From: Sphyrna mokarran
Taxonomy: Eukaryota
NCBI GenBank assembly: GCA_024679065.1
Contig: JAGIQG010000005.1
Coordinates: 68,324,001 to 68,388,000, forward strand
DNA length: 64,000 nucleotides
Reading direction: 5' to 3'
The notes under the pieces were generated by a model. The model was not told the DNA's origin, did not search any database, and saw only the letters and a program-made list of their open reading frames with translations. The translations under genes and the position numbers were made by a program. Position 1 is the stretch's first letter. Every line of letters starts with the position of its first letter. Shown here piece by piece: positions 25,017 to 38,600 of this stretch.

Positions 25017-27534
25017 GTGAGAAAATTTTGGACTTTTAATTTTAATCCCTTAAGTATTGAATTCTTTTAAAAGAATTCTTGGAAGAAAAACGTTCAAAGT
25101 AAAGTCTGGTGCAGAAAACTTGTTTATGACTTTTGCATGGACCAGAAGCAATTTTTCACTTTGTTCACAAATATTTGTTTATATCTCCACTTTTTTTTAT
25201 AGTGTGTATTTAATAAACAATACATTCTCTGAAATTTGCTTATCTCATGTTTTTGAATAGTATAATTATTTAGTTATTGTAATAGCACATGGTTTTCAAA
25301 ACAATTTGATATATATTGGCAAACAGGTTGTCTCATACAAACTGAAAAGTCATTTTTAAAATATTTCAGTTGGTATCTGATGCACAAATATACGTTTTAT
25401 CTGAAAGTGATCAAACTAAAAGTCAAAAGCCAACTTTCATAATTTCAGAATGATTGAGAACATTGCATAGATCATTGAACTTTCAAAATACTCACAAATA
25501 TGTTTGCTCAAGATTAACTTTTTGAATACTTCAGTCTGACCTGTTCAGAAAATGTAACCTCCATTCCACTCAGATCATTTTAAAGGTAGCCTTCTGCTTT
25601 TATAAAACAATGTTAATATAGGTTGATGCATGAAGTGTTTCCCCAAAGAAACAATTCAAGGTTTTCTGCACCTGTTGAAAACTAATGATTTGAAATGTCA
25701 GTGTTTTCAGTTCAGTGGCTTTTTGATCTTAGTGAAATTAAAAAGGTGAATCCATAACTGTTAATGCTTTATTGAATTTCTAGTATTTCTGAACATTAGA
25801 TTTAGTTTCCCAGAAATGCAGAACGCAGCGCAAGTGATTGCAGAATTGGTAATTTCACACCATATTAGGTGATGATTCATTTAAAGGGTGAGCTTTGATA
25901 TTTGATGGTCATGTCAAGGAAAGCCTGTTATATTGGGAATGTCTGCAAGTTTTACAGTTGAAAGAGGCACCTGTCATTGTATGTCGCTGTAGCAGAGGGC
26001 TATTTTTGTCAGACTGCTCAGTGGGGAAGCAATGGTTTGCAGTATACATTATTTTAGAAGCAATGCAGAAATGATGCTACAAATGGGAGTGCAAAGGCAT
26101 CAGCTCAATAAAGATAAAAATAAAAAAGCAAATGTGGAAAGATGCTGAAGCATAATTGAGTTTTCTATGATTATTAAACATAGCTTGTGTGAAATGTGAT
26201 AAACTGATTGAAATATATCAGAGTCTATTCGTAGCTGAATCATATTTTGGTCTGTTACTTGATAGTTATAGTCAAAGTCAATTTGAGACCAGACTCTATC
26301 CATCACCCTGTTCCAAAATGAGAAAGGACATTGGATTTGTAAAATGGTTTTGCATTCAGATTCTGATATCTTGTACTTTCCTTGAAAAAAAGAATGTTTA
26401 AGTTATTTAAAGTAAATGAGTGAAGGTCTATGATAGGAAAAATTAAATAACAAGTGATTCCATAGTACGAAAGCCAAATGAAGTGGCAATGGCTGCCGGC
26501 ATCCTATTAGTCTATAATAGGGGCCTCCATAGGCCTCCTCTATATGTCAATGAGATGTGGAATGGGCTGCCAAAATAGATATCCAGATGCATTAATGCAT
26601 TATCCAACAGCTGGTGGCCAATGCACTGCAATGTTAGGGGATCCCTGGACAATCCCTGCCCATGTAACAAACCATCCTGCATTGCCAATTTCAAACCTCA
26701 ATGAGCTGAGCAATAAATAGGATTTATCTGGCCAGAGTGCAGGAAAGTCATTGATCCCCTGTTGACCGCCTCTGTTGGTCAGGTGGCAGGGTTTCTTTAC
26801 ACTGTTCTTTGATAACGTGAGCTCCTGCCTTTTCTTCGCAGTTTGGAGGGGAACCTACAAAAAGGCATTGCTAAACCATGGTGTTTACCCCCAGGCATAC
26901 TTGCAGCAAACTCTCGGTGCATCTCTTCGATTTTCAGTTGAGGCAAAAGTTTCTAGGGGCTTCCAGTGCACCCTGAAGAATTGGGTGATCTTCCGTGCAG
27001 CCAGATGGATTTTTGCAGTGAGAACTCAGCACAGGGTGTAGGTCTAGTAGCCTTTAACATAATGGCAGCACCTGCATTGATGCCAGGTGATGCCGAGATC
27101 CATGTCTTTCTGCCCACCTTGGATTAGATGGGCTTCACATTGCCATGATGTTAACTGACCAATAACCAAGTGATTGTGGTAATCATTCACGTATAACCTT
27201 TCTGTTTGCTAATGGTAATCATTTTGTGGCCAAGACCTCCTGCGTGGAAATTATATTCAGCCTTTTATGTACAAAAGTGTACACCAATTTCACAGCTGAA
27301 ATGATTGGCTCTAACTTGTAGACCATGCACTCAACTCCCAGATTCCTCAACAAGTAGAAATAGTAGCTTTCTGTCTTTTCTATCAGTTTCCCTTAACATC
27401 TTCTCAGCTTTGTCAGATCATCCCTTAATGTTCCAAACTTCAGGAATACAAGCTCTCCTTATGACTTAACCTTTGGGGTCCAGATATCTTTCTGGTAAAT
27501 CCCACTTCCTTCCAGGCCTTTTCTTTGTTCCTGA

Positions 27535-27725
27535 GATTTGGGTGTCTCTGGCAAGGATATTTTTATTGCCTATCCCTAGTTGCCATTGAGGTGGTGGTGT
27601 TCAGTTGCCTTCTTGATTTTTCTTGCAGTCCACATGGTGTAAACACACCCACACTGCTGTTAGGAAGGAAGTTCCAGGATTTTGACCCCTTGGCAGTGAA
27701 GGAATGGTAACATACTTCTAAGTCA
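27535..27725 (-). mobile_element. LINE 3' end fragment (family of 33190/34768)
   Basis: tttattgcctatccctagttgcc...cacactgctgttaggaaggaagttccaggattttgaccc. Confidence 0.7.
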
Positions 27726-28504
27726 TATAGGCTCCCCAAAGTCTTGGGTAAACTAAAAACAATTTAAACGTATTCCTTTTGTTTGCAAAGAACAGATCTT
27801 ACATATGAGTTGACAGAGTTTCAAATATGCATTATGAACTCAACTGTTCATACTAAACTGTTTGTTTGTGTAGCCATTAGATACTTAGGATAATGCAGTA
27901 AGTGCTGTTCAATCGCAGAATCAGTAGCCATTTTGTTTTTGGTTTTGCAAGTGTGAGCCTAGTGTTTAGGCTAGTGGGACTTTTGGATAGTTAGCTCCTT
28001 TTCCAATTTCATGTTGATATAGTCCCATACTCCAAGAAACCCTTCATCCTACCTGACTCCAGCTTGACCCGAGCCACCCATTACCTGAACTTCCTGCCCC
28101 GAAATCTAGCAAGATCTGAAAGCCATCAGTCCCCATGTTTCCAGTTTTGAGACACTCTTATCTCTATTTTTCTACTTTCTTCTTCCAGACTTGTCGTCAA
28201 AGTATCTTGTTCAATAACACCATAAGCTGAGTAACTCCAGTTGTATAGTATATGGTACTGTTAATAAAGAAAACATACCAAGGCATTTCACTCAGATCAA
28301 AGGAAAAAATACATGTTTAGCCAAAGAAAGAGATTTCAGAAGTGACTGAATGCCTAAAGAAGTGGGTTTTAAAGAAGATCTTAAAGGAGAATTTGAAGGC
28401 AGAGGATTGCATGGGTTTGCAGAAGTAAAGAATTAATGATGATTTTAACAGGAGATAGGCTGATGAAGCAGGTAGTTTTACAAGGATGTAAGTAGATGAC
28501 CTTT

Positions 28505-28890
28505 GTTACATTTGTTGCCCATTCCCAGTTATCCTTGAAAAGGTGAGTGTGATCCATTTTCTTGAACGGCTGCAATCCATGGGTGTCGATGCAACTACTG
28601 TGCTGTAAGAGAGCTCCAGGACTTTGACCGAATAAAGGAACGATGATATGTTTCCAAGTCAGGATGCTGTGTAATTGGAGGGAACTTGGATGTAAAGATG
28701 TCGCAGTGCAATCATATTAGAGCTTTCTGGCTTGGGAGTTGCTGCTGAAGAAACATTGGCAAAGTGCAACTTTGTAGATGTACATGCAGCCATGATGTGG
28801 CCACTGATGCAGGAAGCAAAAGTTTAACTAGGTGGATGGAGCACTCATCAAGGAGACTGCATCGTCCTAGATCAAATTGAGCTTTTTGGA
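28505..28890 (-). mobile_element. LINE 3' fragment (family of 33190/34768)
   Basis: catttgttgcccattccc..ttcttgaacggctgcaatccatg..ttccaagtcaggatg. Confidence 0.65.
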
Positions 28891-30126
28891 TAACTAATCA
28901 GCAGAAAAAAAATGATTTGCTGCTCAATTTTCTACTGAAAATTAAATATTTTATATGTATCAGTACTTGTTATGCAAGCCACAGCTCTGCACAATTTAGC
29001 AAAACACTTCTAAAATGAGAACTAAATATATAATTAGTGATGGAATGTCAGCCTCTAATTACCTATTTCATTATTGATGAAATTATTTGTTAATTTTCAT
29101 TCAACTGGGGCATGTCTAACCATCTGTGGCAGTGACAATTTACAAATACGTGATGTGACAAATACATGTCATCATGCTGTGTGGGAGCTTAAAACTGTTG
29201 CTGCAAGTAATAGTGTTTACTTTGCACAGAGTAGCTTTTGAAGAATGTATATAATTTTGGCAAATTTGTGTTCATTAAGTTGAGGGTATCCATGCTGCAG
29301 AAAGGAATATTGTTATAGTTTGCATCTAGTTTGAGCATCATGCCTTCGACAACTGGTGTAGCGTGGGTCAGATGTAAACCTTGCTTTTGCCATTGGTGCT
29401 GTTTGCACACAATTGGGAAGATAGGCCTCACCAAATTTGTGATGCAAACCCTCCTCTTTATTGTAATAAGCACATTGTGTATGAAAAACTCTTCACAAGA
29501 TTTTGGGCTGCTGCTGTTTTACATTGCCTGTCATTGTTTTTCTGGAGGCTAAGGGGAGCAACAAAGTTGGCAGTATCAATGACGGGGAGCCAACAATCAT
29601 TTTCTTATTAAATAGTGAATGGTTTGAGGTGTTGCTACAGAAAGTGCTGCACACTAAGATTTAAAGTCCCAGACGAAAAATGAGAATAGTTGACTGTGGA
29701 TGTGATGTACCAGGTCCACAGAAACATTCATATAATGCGTGGACTTTATCTAAATGGCCTTGCCATCTTTTTCATTTTCAAGTAAAAAATCCCCTTTTAT
29801 AAGTCACTGTTAAATCTATATCCTACATGCAAATTGTCATCATTTGCTGTGTAAAACAAAACAATCATCTCATCTGCCTCCTGTTTTTCTGTCTGTTAGC
29901 TTATATCTGTATGTGCTTTGGCTTCTGACTCCTCTGCCAGTGGAAATAGTTTTCTGTAAATACTCAATTAAAACCCTTCACAATTTTGAATTCTGCACTT
30001 AATCTTCTCTGTTTTAATCTTGCTTTCTCTAATTTATCTATATAACTGAAGTCCCTTTTCCCTGCCTGGTAAAAGCCTGCTAAATCTTTTCGTCATCTCC
30101 AATGCCTTGACATCCTACCTAACCAC

Positions 30127-30332
30127 AGTAAGTAACCTCACAACACCAAGTTAAAGTCCAACAGGTTTATTTGTTAGCATAAGCTTTCGGAGCGCTGCTG
30201 CTTCATCAGGTGAGTACTTGATGAAGGGGCAGTGCTCAGAAAGCTCGTGCTACCAATGCAACCTGTTGGACTTTAACCTGGTGTTGTGAGACTACTTATT
30301 GCGCCCACTCCAGTCCAACACCAGCAAATCCA
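30127..30332. repeat. Penelope-terminus-derived palindrome with two back-to-back hammerhead-like cores
   Basis: Inverted repeat 30127-30300 with centre ...cttcatcaggt gagt acttgatgaag...; both arms carry (C/T)TGATGA-stem-GAAAGCT. Confidence 0.85.
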
Positions 30333-32348
30333 TATAATCCTTCCTAAGGTTTGGTCTTCAGAAACGAACATGATACTCTAACTGAAGTCAAACCAGTTAG
30401 TTATAATGGTTTATTATAACTGCATTTCTTTTGTTCTCTATACTTACATATACAGTAAGAAACAGTTTATTTTTTGAGCAGTCTTCTCAACTTGTTCTGG
30501 CACCTTGAAAGATTTGTATACAAGAGTCTCCAGCTCTCTTCTGTCTATTCCTGCACCCTTTTCAAAATTGTTCCATTTACGGTATTGTTTGATTCGGCAG
30601 AAGCTGCATGACAGAATTGTTTGTTTTGTATTTTCACATATACTTTACTTCCCTTTGGGGAATCATGGGGAAATGTTGGCAGACTGTTTATCAACTTGCT
30701 TGAATTGCATCAGAAGTGCTCCTTTCAAGGCCAAGTCATGGGACATGAACCTAAAGCTTCTGGCTCAGATGCACGAACTACCTACTGAACCACAAGAACT
30801 TCCCATGACACAATCTTGTGCAGCATAGGACAAAAATATCTTTCATAATATACTTCACTATTCACTTGCAAATCACTGCTCACAAAAGAAAACACGTAAA
30901 GCAGTTTAAGAATGCCTGATGAAGGTAAGATGCGCTGATATAGGGATGCTACTTGGTGCAATTGGACACTTGTTTAAATATGATTTTCTTTCCAACTTTG
31001 ATAGCCTTTAACAATTTGGAGAGAACAGAATAAGAACAGATGATGGCCTAGTATAAATTGAGGGATTTCCCATTTTGGCTGAGAATTTAAGGACAGGTTA
31101 TGTCAAGCATTTCACCACTACTTTCACTGTCACCCAGCAGTGCATCAGGAGAATGTAACTACTGTGCTTTTGGACATGATTCCAGTTGGCAAGCTCAGTA
31201 ACTCTGGTGATTGCTTATTCCTTGGGATGTTGGCCGCAATTCCCCAGTCTTGTATTCCTTGCTATCGCTCCCAGCAAGTCTGGAGAATTTGGCTCTCAGC
31301 CATTTACCTCTGCTCATTGGGACTGGAGAATCCTGGCTGCAGACGAGGTTGGAGAATTCTGGCCATTCTCTTTTCATGTATGTGGCTTTTGTGAACAGTC
31401 CAGGGATATTGCATCTTCCCACCTTTGTTCACCGTATTTTGTTTTTTTTTGTTTAGCAACACTTGCAAATAATGAAAAAATATGTTGGCAAGTAAACTCA
31501 AGGCTTTAATAGCATGGCATAAATACAGAGAAAAATTATGCACATTAAATAAATGTTCACCATCCAAAAATTAAAAAGGAAATCAATATTGGCTAAAACC
31601 AACCACCTTATTTTGTTACTGCAGTAGCAGTACTAGTAGTATTCACCATTAATAGGATGTCAAGCCAAAAGGACATTCTGCCAATACAGAAATGAATAAT
31701 GTGTTTTATGAATTTCAATGCTGATGTGATGCTAGACATATAGGCTGTACGTTGCCAAGATTAGCGGATTGTATCAAGCAACATGTTCCTTACGGTACTT
31801 GCATGGTCAAGATAGGAGGTTTCATGTCACAATTACAAATATTGCCATACCCAACCAGCTTGTGTCTGCAAAACCTAAAACACAATTTCCAACAGTAGAT
31901 GTAAATCTGCGATTGGACAACGCTTGTTAAATAATCCCCAGTGTACTAATAATTACACTAACAACCAATTTAAGATTGTTAGTTGGCTTTACGATGTATC
32001 ATTTTTGCATGTACTGGAATCTATATATATTAATACACAGGGCTCTGTTCTTTGCAGACAGAAAGAACAAAATAAGTGATCCACTGGTTCATTTCTAGGA
32101 GTCGGATAAAATGTCTTTTTACAGCAATATTCAAATTCTGTACCACCAAATAACTAATTTTAATATCCCCAAAATAGGTTGTGCCCATTTCATGTAATTG
32201 TTGTAAGCATTGGGGCCAAGCCTCACTCAAAATCTTAAAATTAAATCTCATTTACATTTTCAATTTCAACAAGCTGCATGAATGCCTGCAATAAACCTGT
32301 TGACATCAAAAATTGTAAAATATGGCAAGGCAGCAATCAGAAGAGTAA

Positions 32349-32448
32349 GAGTGGGATTTTTTGGCCCCAGTACTGGCAGGCATCGTCATGGGTGGTATGG
32401 GAAAATATGGAGATAATACCCTGGTGTTGGGGCCAGAAAATCCCACTC
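32349..32448. mobile_element. 100-bp Tourist/Harbinger-type MITE
   Basis: TIRs gagtgggattttttggcccca / tggggccagaaaatcccactc (20/21 match), with TAA on both flanks (PIF/Harbinger-type TSD). Confidence 0.8.
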
Positions 32449-33189
32449 TAAAATTGGGGTGAAATATTCTGATTCACCCCTGCCTGCAGTAGAACATTCT
32501 AAGGTTTGTCCTAACATAAAATAATCTCTATTTTGCTTGATGAAACCTCCTATTATTTTATGAATATATCATGTGTATTCTTGTTTCAGTTGCAGTGGCC
32601 AGATTACTTTAGCTGTGTACAGTTGATGGAATGGTTTTAATATAACCTCAGATCAGCTTCACATATGCACATCATAAGCTACATTAATAATCATGGACAT
32701 GCCCAGTGGCAGAGGAGGACTGAAGATAAAGAATGTGCAACCCTGTACATGTTAAACTTAACTTATCATTTAATTGTCTGAGTCAAGGAGTCAGATTCAT
32801 TAATAACACAATATGAAAGATTTTACAACACCATGATATACAGAGATTATGTGATATGTATAAGTAAATTCTGTCATTCGACAAAAGAAACATTCCTTTG
32901 ATGTCTAGTTCATAATTTTATTGTAATTGCAGCTTGTACTATTAGACTTGTTATTGAACCAAATCTCCAGACTAGTTTTGTCAAATCGTTACATACTAGA
33001 TTAAATAGCATCATAATTCTTTTTCAGGTATACAGATTACTTTTAATGTTACAGTTATTCCAGCAAAGAGTTGCCAACTTATATGAGATTGGAAAGGTCT
33101 GAAAGCAATAATTTATATCAGAAATAATAAAAAAAGAACAAGCAGAAAATACTCAGCAGATCAGACAGCATCAACGCAAAAAAAAATCC

Positions 33190-33980
33190 TTTTTATTCTT
33201 TATGGGATTTGGGCATTGCTGGTTAGGCTAGCATTCATTGCACATCCCTAACTTCCCTTGAAAAAATGACGATGAAATGCCTTCTTGAACCACTGCAGTC
33301 CATGTGGTGAAGGTACATCCACAGTGCTGTTGGGAAGAAAATCCATGTTTTTGACCCAGTGACAATGAAAAAATGGTAATATCTTTCCAGGTCAGAATGA
33401 TGAATGGCTTAGAGGGGAGCTTCCAAGTGGTGATGTTCACATATGTCTCCTGCCCTTGCTCTTCTAGATGGTAGCAGTCATATGTTTAGAATGTACTGCC
33501 TTGGTGAGTTCTTGCACTGCAACTTGCAGATGATAAATACTGCTGTGTTTGAGGGAGTGAATGTTTGTGGATGGGGTACCAATCAAGTGGGCTGTTTTGT
33601 ACTGGATACTGTTGAATTTCTTGAATGTTGCTGGACTTGTACTCACCCAGGTTTTTGATCAAATGAACAACATTCCATCACACTCCTGCCTTGTGCCTTT
33701 CAGTTGGGAGACAGGCTTTGAGGAGTCAGGAGGCAAGTTACTCATCGCAGGATGCCAAGCTTCTGATGTGCTTTTGTAGCCACAGTATTTATATGGCTGG
33801 TCCAATTCAACTTCTAGGCAGTGGTGACCCCCAGGTCGCTGATGGTGGGGGAATCACTGATGGAAATGCCATTGAATATCAAGGGGGTGATAGTCCAATT
33901 CTCCCTTGTTAGAGATAGTCATTGCCTGGCACTTGTGTGGCACGCATGTTACTTGCCATTTGCCCGCCCAAGCCTGGCTA
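33190..33980 (-). mobile_element. CR1/L2-group LINE, RT 3' part
   Basis: MSTSPATFKKFNSIQYKTAHLIGTPSTNIHSL; reverse-complement similarity to 34896-35649. Flanked by the two halves of a Penelope-type short repeat. Confidence 0.8.
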
Positions 33981-34767
33981 TTCTTTGACCTGTGTGTTTC
34001 CAACATTTTCCCTTCTTAATCCAAATTTTCAGCACTTCAGTATTTTATTTCTGTTTTAATTTACATCAGATTCAATTATTCCATCATTTCATTATGCATT
34101 TTGATACAAAAGAACATTGCAAATACTCAAGAAGGAATACATGAGCATGCAATTGCTTAATTGCTACAAATTAATATTGTACACTCACATCCACTGGGAT
34201 CTGGTTTGAGATGTTCATTTCTTGTTTCAGTTAACACTTCAGTAACCAGCCTCGTCCCGTTGAAAAAAGTATGCTTTTGCTCTTCCAATATCATTTGTAG
34301 GCTGCATTTCTGTGAACATTCACCACTTAACTTTTCTGTTGTGCTGATGAAGAACATATAGTTGGTCCAGTTATTCAATGTGAAAAATAGGGTGAAATTA
34401 TGTGTAAATCTACATTTATTGACTAGTTTGAACGCCTTGCTGGATTTCATTACTTATAAGTGAAATTAACTGGGCTACAATGCCACAAAAGTTGGTCATG
34501 TAGCACATGTATTTTCAGTACTACAGTGCCATTTCAGTACCAAAATGACATGATGTACTGTGCTTGAGTTCATTTTGATAGGGATTGGAAATAAACAGAG
34601 TAGGCAGCTAGTGACGCTGAATTGATGCCATTTTTGATCTTAATGGCCCATGTAACACCCTATTTTTAACATTGCGTAGTTGAGCTTGAGTTCAGCAGCT
34701 GAAATGATGCTCCACTAGAGTTATTTAAAGTGATTATTTAAAGAAGGCCTAACCATCTTCAATACTT

Positions 34768-35649
34768 GATCAATGACCTTTCTTCCATCATAAGCTTAGA
34801 AATGGGGATGTTATGATTGCATAATATTCAGCATCATTCAAGACTCCTCAAATTGTAGCAGTCTGTGTCCCAGTGCAGTAACACCAAGACAGCATCAGGC
34901 TCGGGCTGACAAGTAGCAAGTAATATTCAATATACACAAGTATCCGGCAATGACCATCTCCAACAAGAGAGAATCAATTGTCCCTTGATATTTAATTGCA
35001 TAACCATTGTTCAGTTCTTCACTATTAACATCCTGTGGGTTACTATTGACCAAAAAGTGAAGTGAACTGGCCATATAAATACTGTGACTACACAAGAAGT
35101 CAAGGCTAGGAATCCTGTGTTGAGTAGCTCACTTCCTGCCTCCCCAGAGCTTGTCCAACATCTATGAGATACAAGTCAGCATTCTGATGGAATGCCCTCC
35201 ACTTGCCTGGATGATTGCCGCTCCAACAACACTCGAGAAACTTGATATCATTCAGGACAGTGCAGCCTGAGTGATTGGCACCTGAGCCATCACCTTAATA
35301 ATTCACTTCTTCTACCACTGACACACAAGGTGACTGAAAGAACTCACCAAGGCTCCTCAGAGAACAACTTCTGAACTCATGCTTGCTGCCATCTAGAAAG
35401 GCCAGGCCAGCAGATACATGGGAACATTACCAGTTGGAAACTCCATTCCAAGTCACTCACCATCCTGACTTAGAAATCTATTGCTATTCCTTCACTGTCA
35501 CTGGATTAAAATTCTAAAACTCCCACCCTAACAGCACTGTGGGTGTAGCTACTCGATACAGACTGCTGCAGTTCAAGAAGGCAGCTCAAGATGGGCAATA
35601 AACGCTGACCTAAACAATGACATCCACATACAATGAATGAATTAAAAAA
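34768..35649 (+). mobile_element. CR1/L2-group LINE, RT 3' part with tail
   Basis: INDLSSII..GM..DC (decayed FADDC region), QARADK*QV, INILWVTIDQK; ends gatgggcaataaacgctg...gaatgaattaaaaaa. Confidence 0.82.
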
Positions 35650-38600
35650 GTGATTATGAACTATTTCCAGGCTAGTTATTGAATCATCTCTACTATCTGC
35701 TGCTGTGTTTGTAGAATTGTTTTGAGGTTTATGTTAATAAAAGTTGCTTAAGCCACCAAGGAGTGGTAGGGCTTGTGGTTTCTGACTTCATGAGCTCTGA
35801 TAGATTAATTAGATTCCATCCCCATTGGCCTGCAGCTTGACAGGGAGAATGAACAATATGATACAGAGGAGGATAAGCTGCTCTAAAAAAAGAACAATAG
35901 CAAGAGGGCTCACAGCAGGAGATCCATTTCACCTATCTTAGCTTCAGCAAGGAACAGTGTGTGAACAATGTCCTCACTCACAAAGGAAGGCTCGCTGCAA
36001 TCTGCTCAAACTGCAGCCTAATAGTAGGATGATGTAAGTTTTGCAGTTTTGAGGTCCAAAGCACTTTTACCTAAAATGTATTAATTCTGAATTCTTAATT
36101 TATGACAATATTGTGCTTGGTCTAATAAGATATGAATAATTGTATTTATGAATGAAGTAGAATATGTTAAAGATGATGGTATATATACTTAATAAAAGCA
36201 CTGAAGAAAACACAAAAGGTTTTAATCTAGCAGGGCTCTTGGATTCTTTGAATGCTGCCAACACAGGCAATATGTCTCTTTTTCTGTCTCTGAAGTAATG
36301 ATATGATGAACTGTCTCTCAGAAGAATTATACCAGAGAAGTGATGGTGAACTATGCCAATGAAAACTGATGTTCTCACTTTTATCCTAATTCTGGCTGTA
36401 ACTCATCCTTGTTAGGAAAAAGTCCAAATTAACCTCTGTCATTAGCACAGAGTAAGGGTTACGTGGTGTTATGCCACTTTTGTAATTAGAGTAATACAGA
36501 CTGACAACAAAAGTCCAGCTCTTACTCTCTAGATCCTGGAACTACATTCTATTTGGACAAATGAAATTTGCTTATGTATGTGGAGCATTTATACAAGCAA
36601 ATGTGACTGCTGTTGGCTTTCCTATGGACTGTCCATAGCTCATTTTAGTTCTCTTTCAGAATAGTGCTTTAAGATCAAAGGAGCCAGTAATGGCTGGCTG
36701 CAAACCACAACCAGGTGTGTTTTGAGACTGAGCAGGTCCCCCTGTTGGGATTGTATGTGATATGTGAACAGGAGGAGTCACACTTGTTTTATTCGTGAAT
36801 GATCGCAACATTATCAGTCGACTCTTTCATGTCCTTAGTACTGGCTCCTGGATCCATTGATTCACGCACTGGTTTCGTGAGAACTTGGAAATTCTGAGAG
36901 ATGAAGTCCTGACACTCTGAGAGACCCCCTCTGATTGCCTGAAAGGTTTCACTTCCCGCAGGTCTCCCTTGACCTTCCAAGTGTTTACAACATTTCTATT
37001 TTTTTGTTCCAATTGATACAGTCTCCAAAGCCTGGTGGTCAGTAACTATTACCTCCATGTTGAAGGCATTAATCACTCTTTAGCTTCCTTCACAAACTAG
37101 GTGGATACAAACCACTGATCATTCCCTGAGCTATCACATTGTTGTGATCTCATTTAACATGTCTCTCTTTGGAACAAGAGCCATGAGATTCGCATCTGTA
37201 CGCTCTTCAGTCAGAGGCTAAATAACTGCTTAACATGTCAGTATTTCATTCATACCTTCACTAACTCCTCCCATATATTGTATTTCACCAAGTGACAATA
37301 CATTGTTAATATTATGTACCCCTCTCCCTAAGATTTCTTCCCCTACCCTCCCCCCACTCCACCCCTCACCCCAAACCAAATAAATCTCACTGGATTGCCA
37401 AGTGTACAAGATGAATATTAGTATGGGTGTTTTATGTTTCATAATTTGTTTTAGTTTAGTTAATGCAGTTATTGAGAAATCAATGTGTATTAATTAATTA
37501 ACTCAGTATGTATGGCACTCCTAGTATCATCCTGTGTGAGCCTTGTTCTTCAGGTGTATTCCTACTTGACAAAGGAAACGTACCATTTTGCCTACCTAGG
37601 CCAAAGAAGGTTATATTTTATGGTTGTGCTACCAGATGAATGTTGAAGGAAACTCACTGTTGCATTTTATGGCTTGATTACTGGATATATGAGGTCACTT
37701 GTAGTTTAATTGTCAAAGCAAAGGCTTCAGAGATTAGACTCGAGAAAATGGTTTGGCACTTATCATGATGAATTTCTTTCAAAAGCTTATTGTGTAATGT
37801 AAAATAGTCCAAGGTCTCAAACTATAGTTTTGTCTTAGATTATTTTACTTTATAAGTTGCATTGTCTAAAAGGAAAACAATCACTTCAAAATATTTAACA
37901 GATCAATGCATTAATTTGTTTTCGTTATTATGTCATTAAATGTCGCTTTTATGACTTCTATGAACACGTACAAATAAAATATGTTATTTTGTAGTGCATA
38001 TATTGCTACCTCAAGTTCAACATACCAGTCGCTTTTGATAAATGTGCTATGGCAATTTTTGAATTGCTGTGTTAACTTAAGATTGTATACTTTTTGTAAT
38101 TTTAGTTATTGTTAAGAACTTGCTTCAGGCATCAGCAGTCACTAGGAAGTCACATATAGGCATTTGAACTTTCCAGGACACCTATGATGTGGCAGTTAGG
38201 TCTTTAGGGATGATGAGCCTAGGGCATCAATCATTAGGAAGTGACACCACACAACCTCTTATCACAAATAAGCAGACACATAAATTACCTTATGGTGTCT
38301 TGTTATCTTAGTAGAAAAGCTAAACCTTAATAAAGTAACGGGGATAAGCTATAAAAAGGATAGTCTCACAAATGATTGACGTCCTAGGGAACCGTAGGGA
38401 ACCAGTCAGAACTTAATGAAATTCACATCAGTAAGCTGACCATCACCCTTAAGAGATCTCCCAATTTATTCTAGTAATTGTAATTGGTTTAAGTCTTATA
38501 AATGAGATGAGAGAGAACTCAGATCTTATAGATGAGGAAGAGATGGCAAGACACAAGGCAAAAGAACATGAAAGAAAGGACACTTTTTCTGTTAAAAGAC

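Noticed and set aside
26480-27120. GC-richer coding-like tract
   Set aside because: Probably a decayed retroelement, but no diagnostic motif could be read.
31280-31366. Three spaced copies of (c/t)tggagaat..tggc resembling a repeat-spacer array
   Set aside because: Short, irregularly spaced and in vertebrate DNA; they resemble MITE termini, not CRISPR.
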